From NCBI GenBank assembly GCA_964106645.2, contig OZ067049.1: DNA of 64,000 bases, one strand, 5' to 3'. Each line of letters opens with the position of its first letter. The first letter of the stretch is position 1. The stretch comes from Podarcis pityusensis. Its lineage: Eukaryota. Under the pieces are notes generated by a model, which worked only from the letters and a program-made list of their open reading frames with translations, was not told where the DNA came from and did no database searches. Below, in pieces: positions 62,001-64,000 of the stretch. A program made the position numbers and the translations under genes.

Positions 62001-64000
62001 TTAAGTGAAAGCAGAAAATCTCAGAACACTGAATTCTGATTGTGCACGGATATTTTAACGATTGTGGATCTGCTTCACATAATTCTAGAGTTTCTTCCGC
62101 CCCAGGCTGAACTCTTTAATTATCTGCAAGTGCTTTTGTGCATGCATTATTTTTATTATAATTATCATTATTATCTTGCTCTTTTCACCCTCCGTCTGCT
62201 ACATTTAGAGGCTCACTCCAGGAATTCTGCTGGATTTCAGGAACAGCTTGTTGGGCAGCAATGTAGGAGGCAGAAAGGGATCTTGAATAAGCAGAGCTCT
62301 CCATGTAACCCGTTGGATTGCAAGCACATGCTGCAATTTATCTTCGGCAAAGAAACTTGACATGATTCGGTTTTCGGCAGAGAACTTCATGGTCTAAAAA
62401 TAACCCTCTCCCCAACCCCCACCACCAACCCTGACTTGATTTCTAACTAACTTCTGAATGTCGTTTTCATTACAGCGTTTCCTTACAATCCTAGAATGGG
62501 ATTAAGCTTAATGTTGGTTTTAAGCAGGGGGGAGGTATGCAAAGCTTAACAGTGATGAGCATGAATAGAAACTGGATTGAACAAACGGATGCAAAATAAT
62601 ATTGCCAAATGAACCTCTTGTGTTTTATGTATGATCTAATACATGTTTGGCAGTAATTTCGCCCTTAACACATGAATTCCTGACAGTTTCAATTCCTCAG
62701 ACTTACTAATCAATGGAGTCTGCTCCAGAGCAATTTTATGGGACTTACCTAGTCATCAAAAATTTATTATCAGATAAATCAAAGAAAGAAGTAGCATCTT
62801 AATAGAGGAACAAAGTGGTCTGTAAAGGATCGTTTAGGACTGTGTCTCAGGCAGTCATATATTGTATTTACTGTTGCCATTGGAGGCTTTATTTATACAT
62901 TCTTGAAAATGTTCACAGTAGCAAAACAAGTTTGTTTGGCAAATTCTGTGAAATCCAATCCGGTGTGCAGGCAAAGAGTCCAATGGCACTTGAAGTTCCT
63001 AGAGGTGTCGTGTGGGAATATTCTGTGTGGCCAGTGGCTCCCAAACCTTTTCACCCCACAGACCTCTTTAAAAATTGCTGCAGGTATGGGTGGGTGGCTT
63101 AATGGTTTTTCTGACTGTTGTAGCAATTCTAACACGCCGTGCTAGGTGCCGTATGATTTTTAATTGTATTCTTATTGCTTCTTTTATTTCATACATACTG
63201 TATTTTATTGTATTACAGTTAGAATGTCATAGAATGCAAGCGGCAATCCAATAAAAAACAACATAGGGATTTTTTTAAAAAAAGCAATGTATATACCATT
63301 AAAAATCAATATGCATTTTTAGTACGATGGATGTGCCATCTTCTGCGAGCAGCCGCAGATCTGTGGACACAACATGGACCATGTGAATGAAGCTTGCGGA
63401 CCACAGTTTGGGAACCTCTGATCTAGGCAGCCAATTGCTCAGTGCTGAACTGTGTGCAAGGAAAGTCCTACTTACATAAAACTCCATTTGTGTATCTTGA
63501 GTTCCACCAAGCTTTGCGTCCTAGTAGTCTACCTCTTAGAGATGGATCTTGCTAAATTGATTTCTGAATCGGGGCAGAAAAATTTCAGAAATTTCCCCAC
63601 CCCATCCTTTATTTTTCTATTGAAGCTTATTTGTTTCCTAATTTTATTATTAACCGTGAATTGCAAGCTTGGCATTTTCAAAGTTTTCAGCTTTGTTTAC
63701 TAAATACAAGTAAAATAAGCATGCTGAATCACACCACTCTCTAGGGCATCAGAACATTTTCTGATGCAAACTGAAAATCAGGAGATTTAGCAGGAATCTT
63801 TTCCTCCAGCCCAACATGAGCTGAATTGCCCTGTTGGTATGTGGTGGGGTAAAGGTTTAATAATTACAAACTGTGGACAGGCGGGTTTGGTACAGCTGCA
63901 GTGTTGGCTTTGGATTTAGATGCCGCTCAGCCAGAAAGCTTTGCCATGTGGAATTGTTAGGATAAAACTGTAAAATAAAAGAACTAGTGATGGTGCCTCA

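Noticed and set aside
1-64000. CRISPR arrays, operons or other prokaryotic/viral systems
   Set aside because: No regularly spaced direct repeats or gene-dense ORFs; the window is an intron-rich vertebrate locus explained by CUBN, RSU1 and TEs.
56019-64000. RSU1 terminal exon or a nested gene
   Set aside because: No match to the expected C-terminal peptide (YLYGRHMQANPEPPKK...) and no credible spliceable ORF; treated as intron 8.

Overview
Vertebrate genomic DNA, almost certainly a squamate and probably a lacertid lizard (Sauria SINEs, Bov-B, young L2, Squam3-like SINE). Two tandem + strand genes are present. (1) The last 11 coding exons of cubilin (CUBN; end of CUB22 through CUB27, about 655 aa, stop at 24276-24278, AATAAA at 24367). 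(2) About 3 kb downstream, RSU1 (Ras suppressor 1, LRR protein): CpG-island promoter, non-coding exon 1 and coding exons 2-5, 7 and 8. Exon 6 is not visible and most likely lies in the 166-N gap at 48549-48714; exon 9 is beyond the window. All visible splice junctions are GT-AG with compatible phases. Introns are full of transposon relics, and most ORF-track entries are spurious or TE-derived. I see no evidence for a wholly new multi-gene system. The most interesting signals are: three SINE-like copies carrying different Pol III heads (tRNA-Lys, tRNA-Ile, 5S rRNA) on one CR1-type tail; a Penelope-type inverted repeat with two minimal hammerhead ribozyme relics; a young antisense L1 inserted 19 nt from a weak CUBN splice donor; and a CR1 3' end absorbed into the RSU1 CpG island. 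Family names and human comparisons are from recall, not from database searches.
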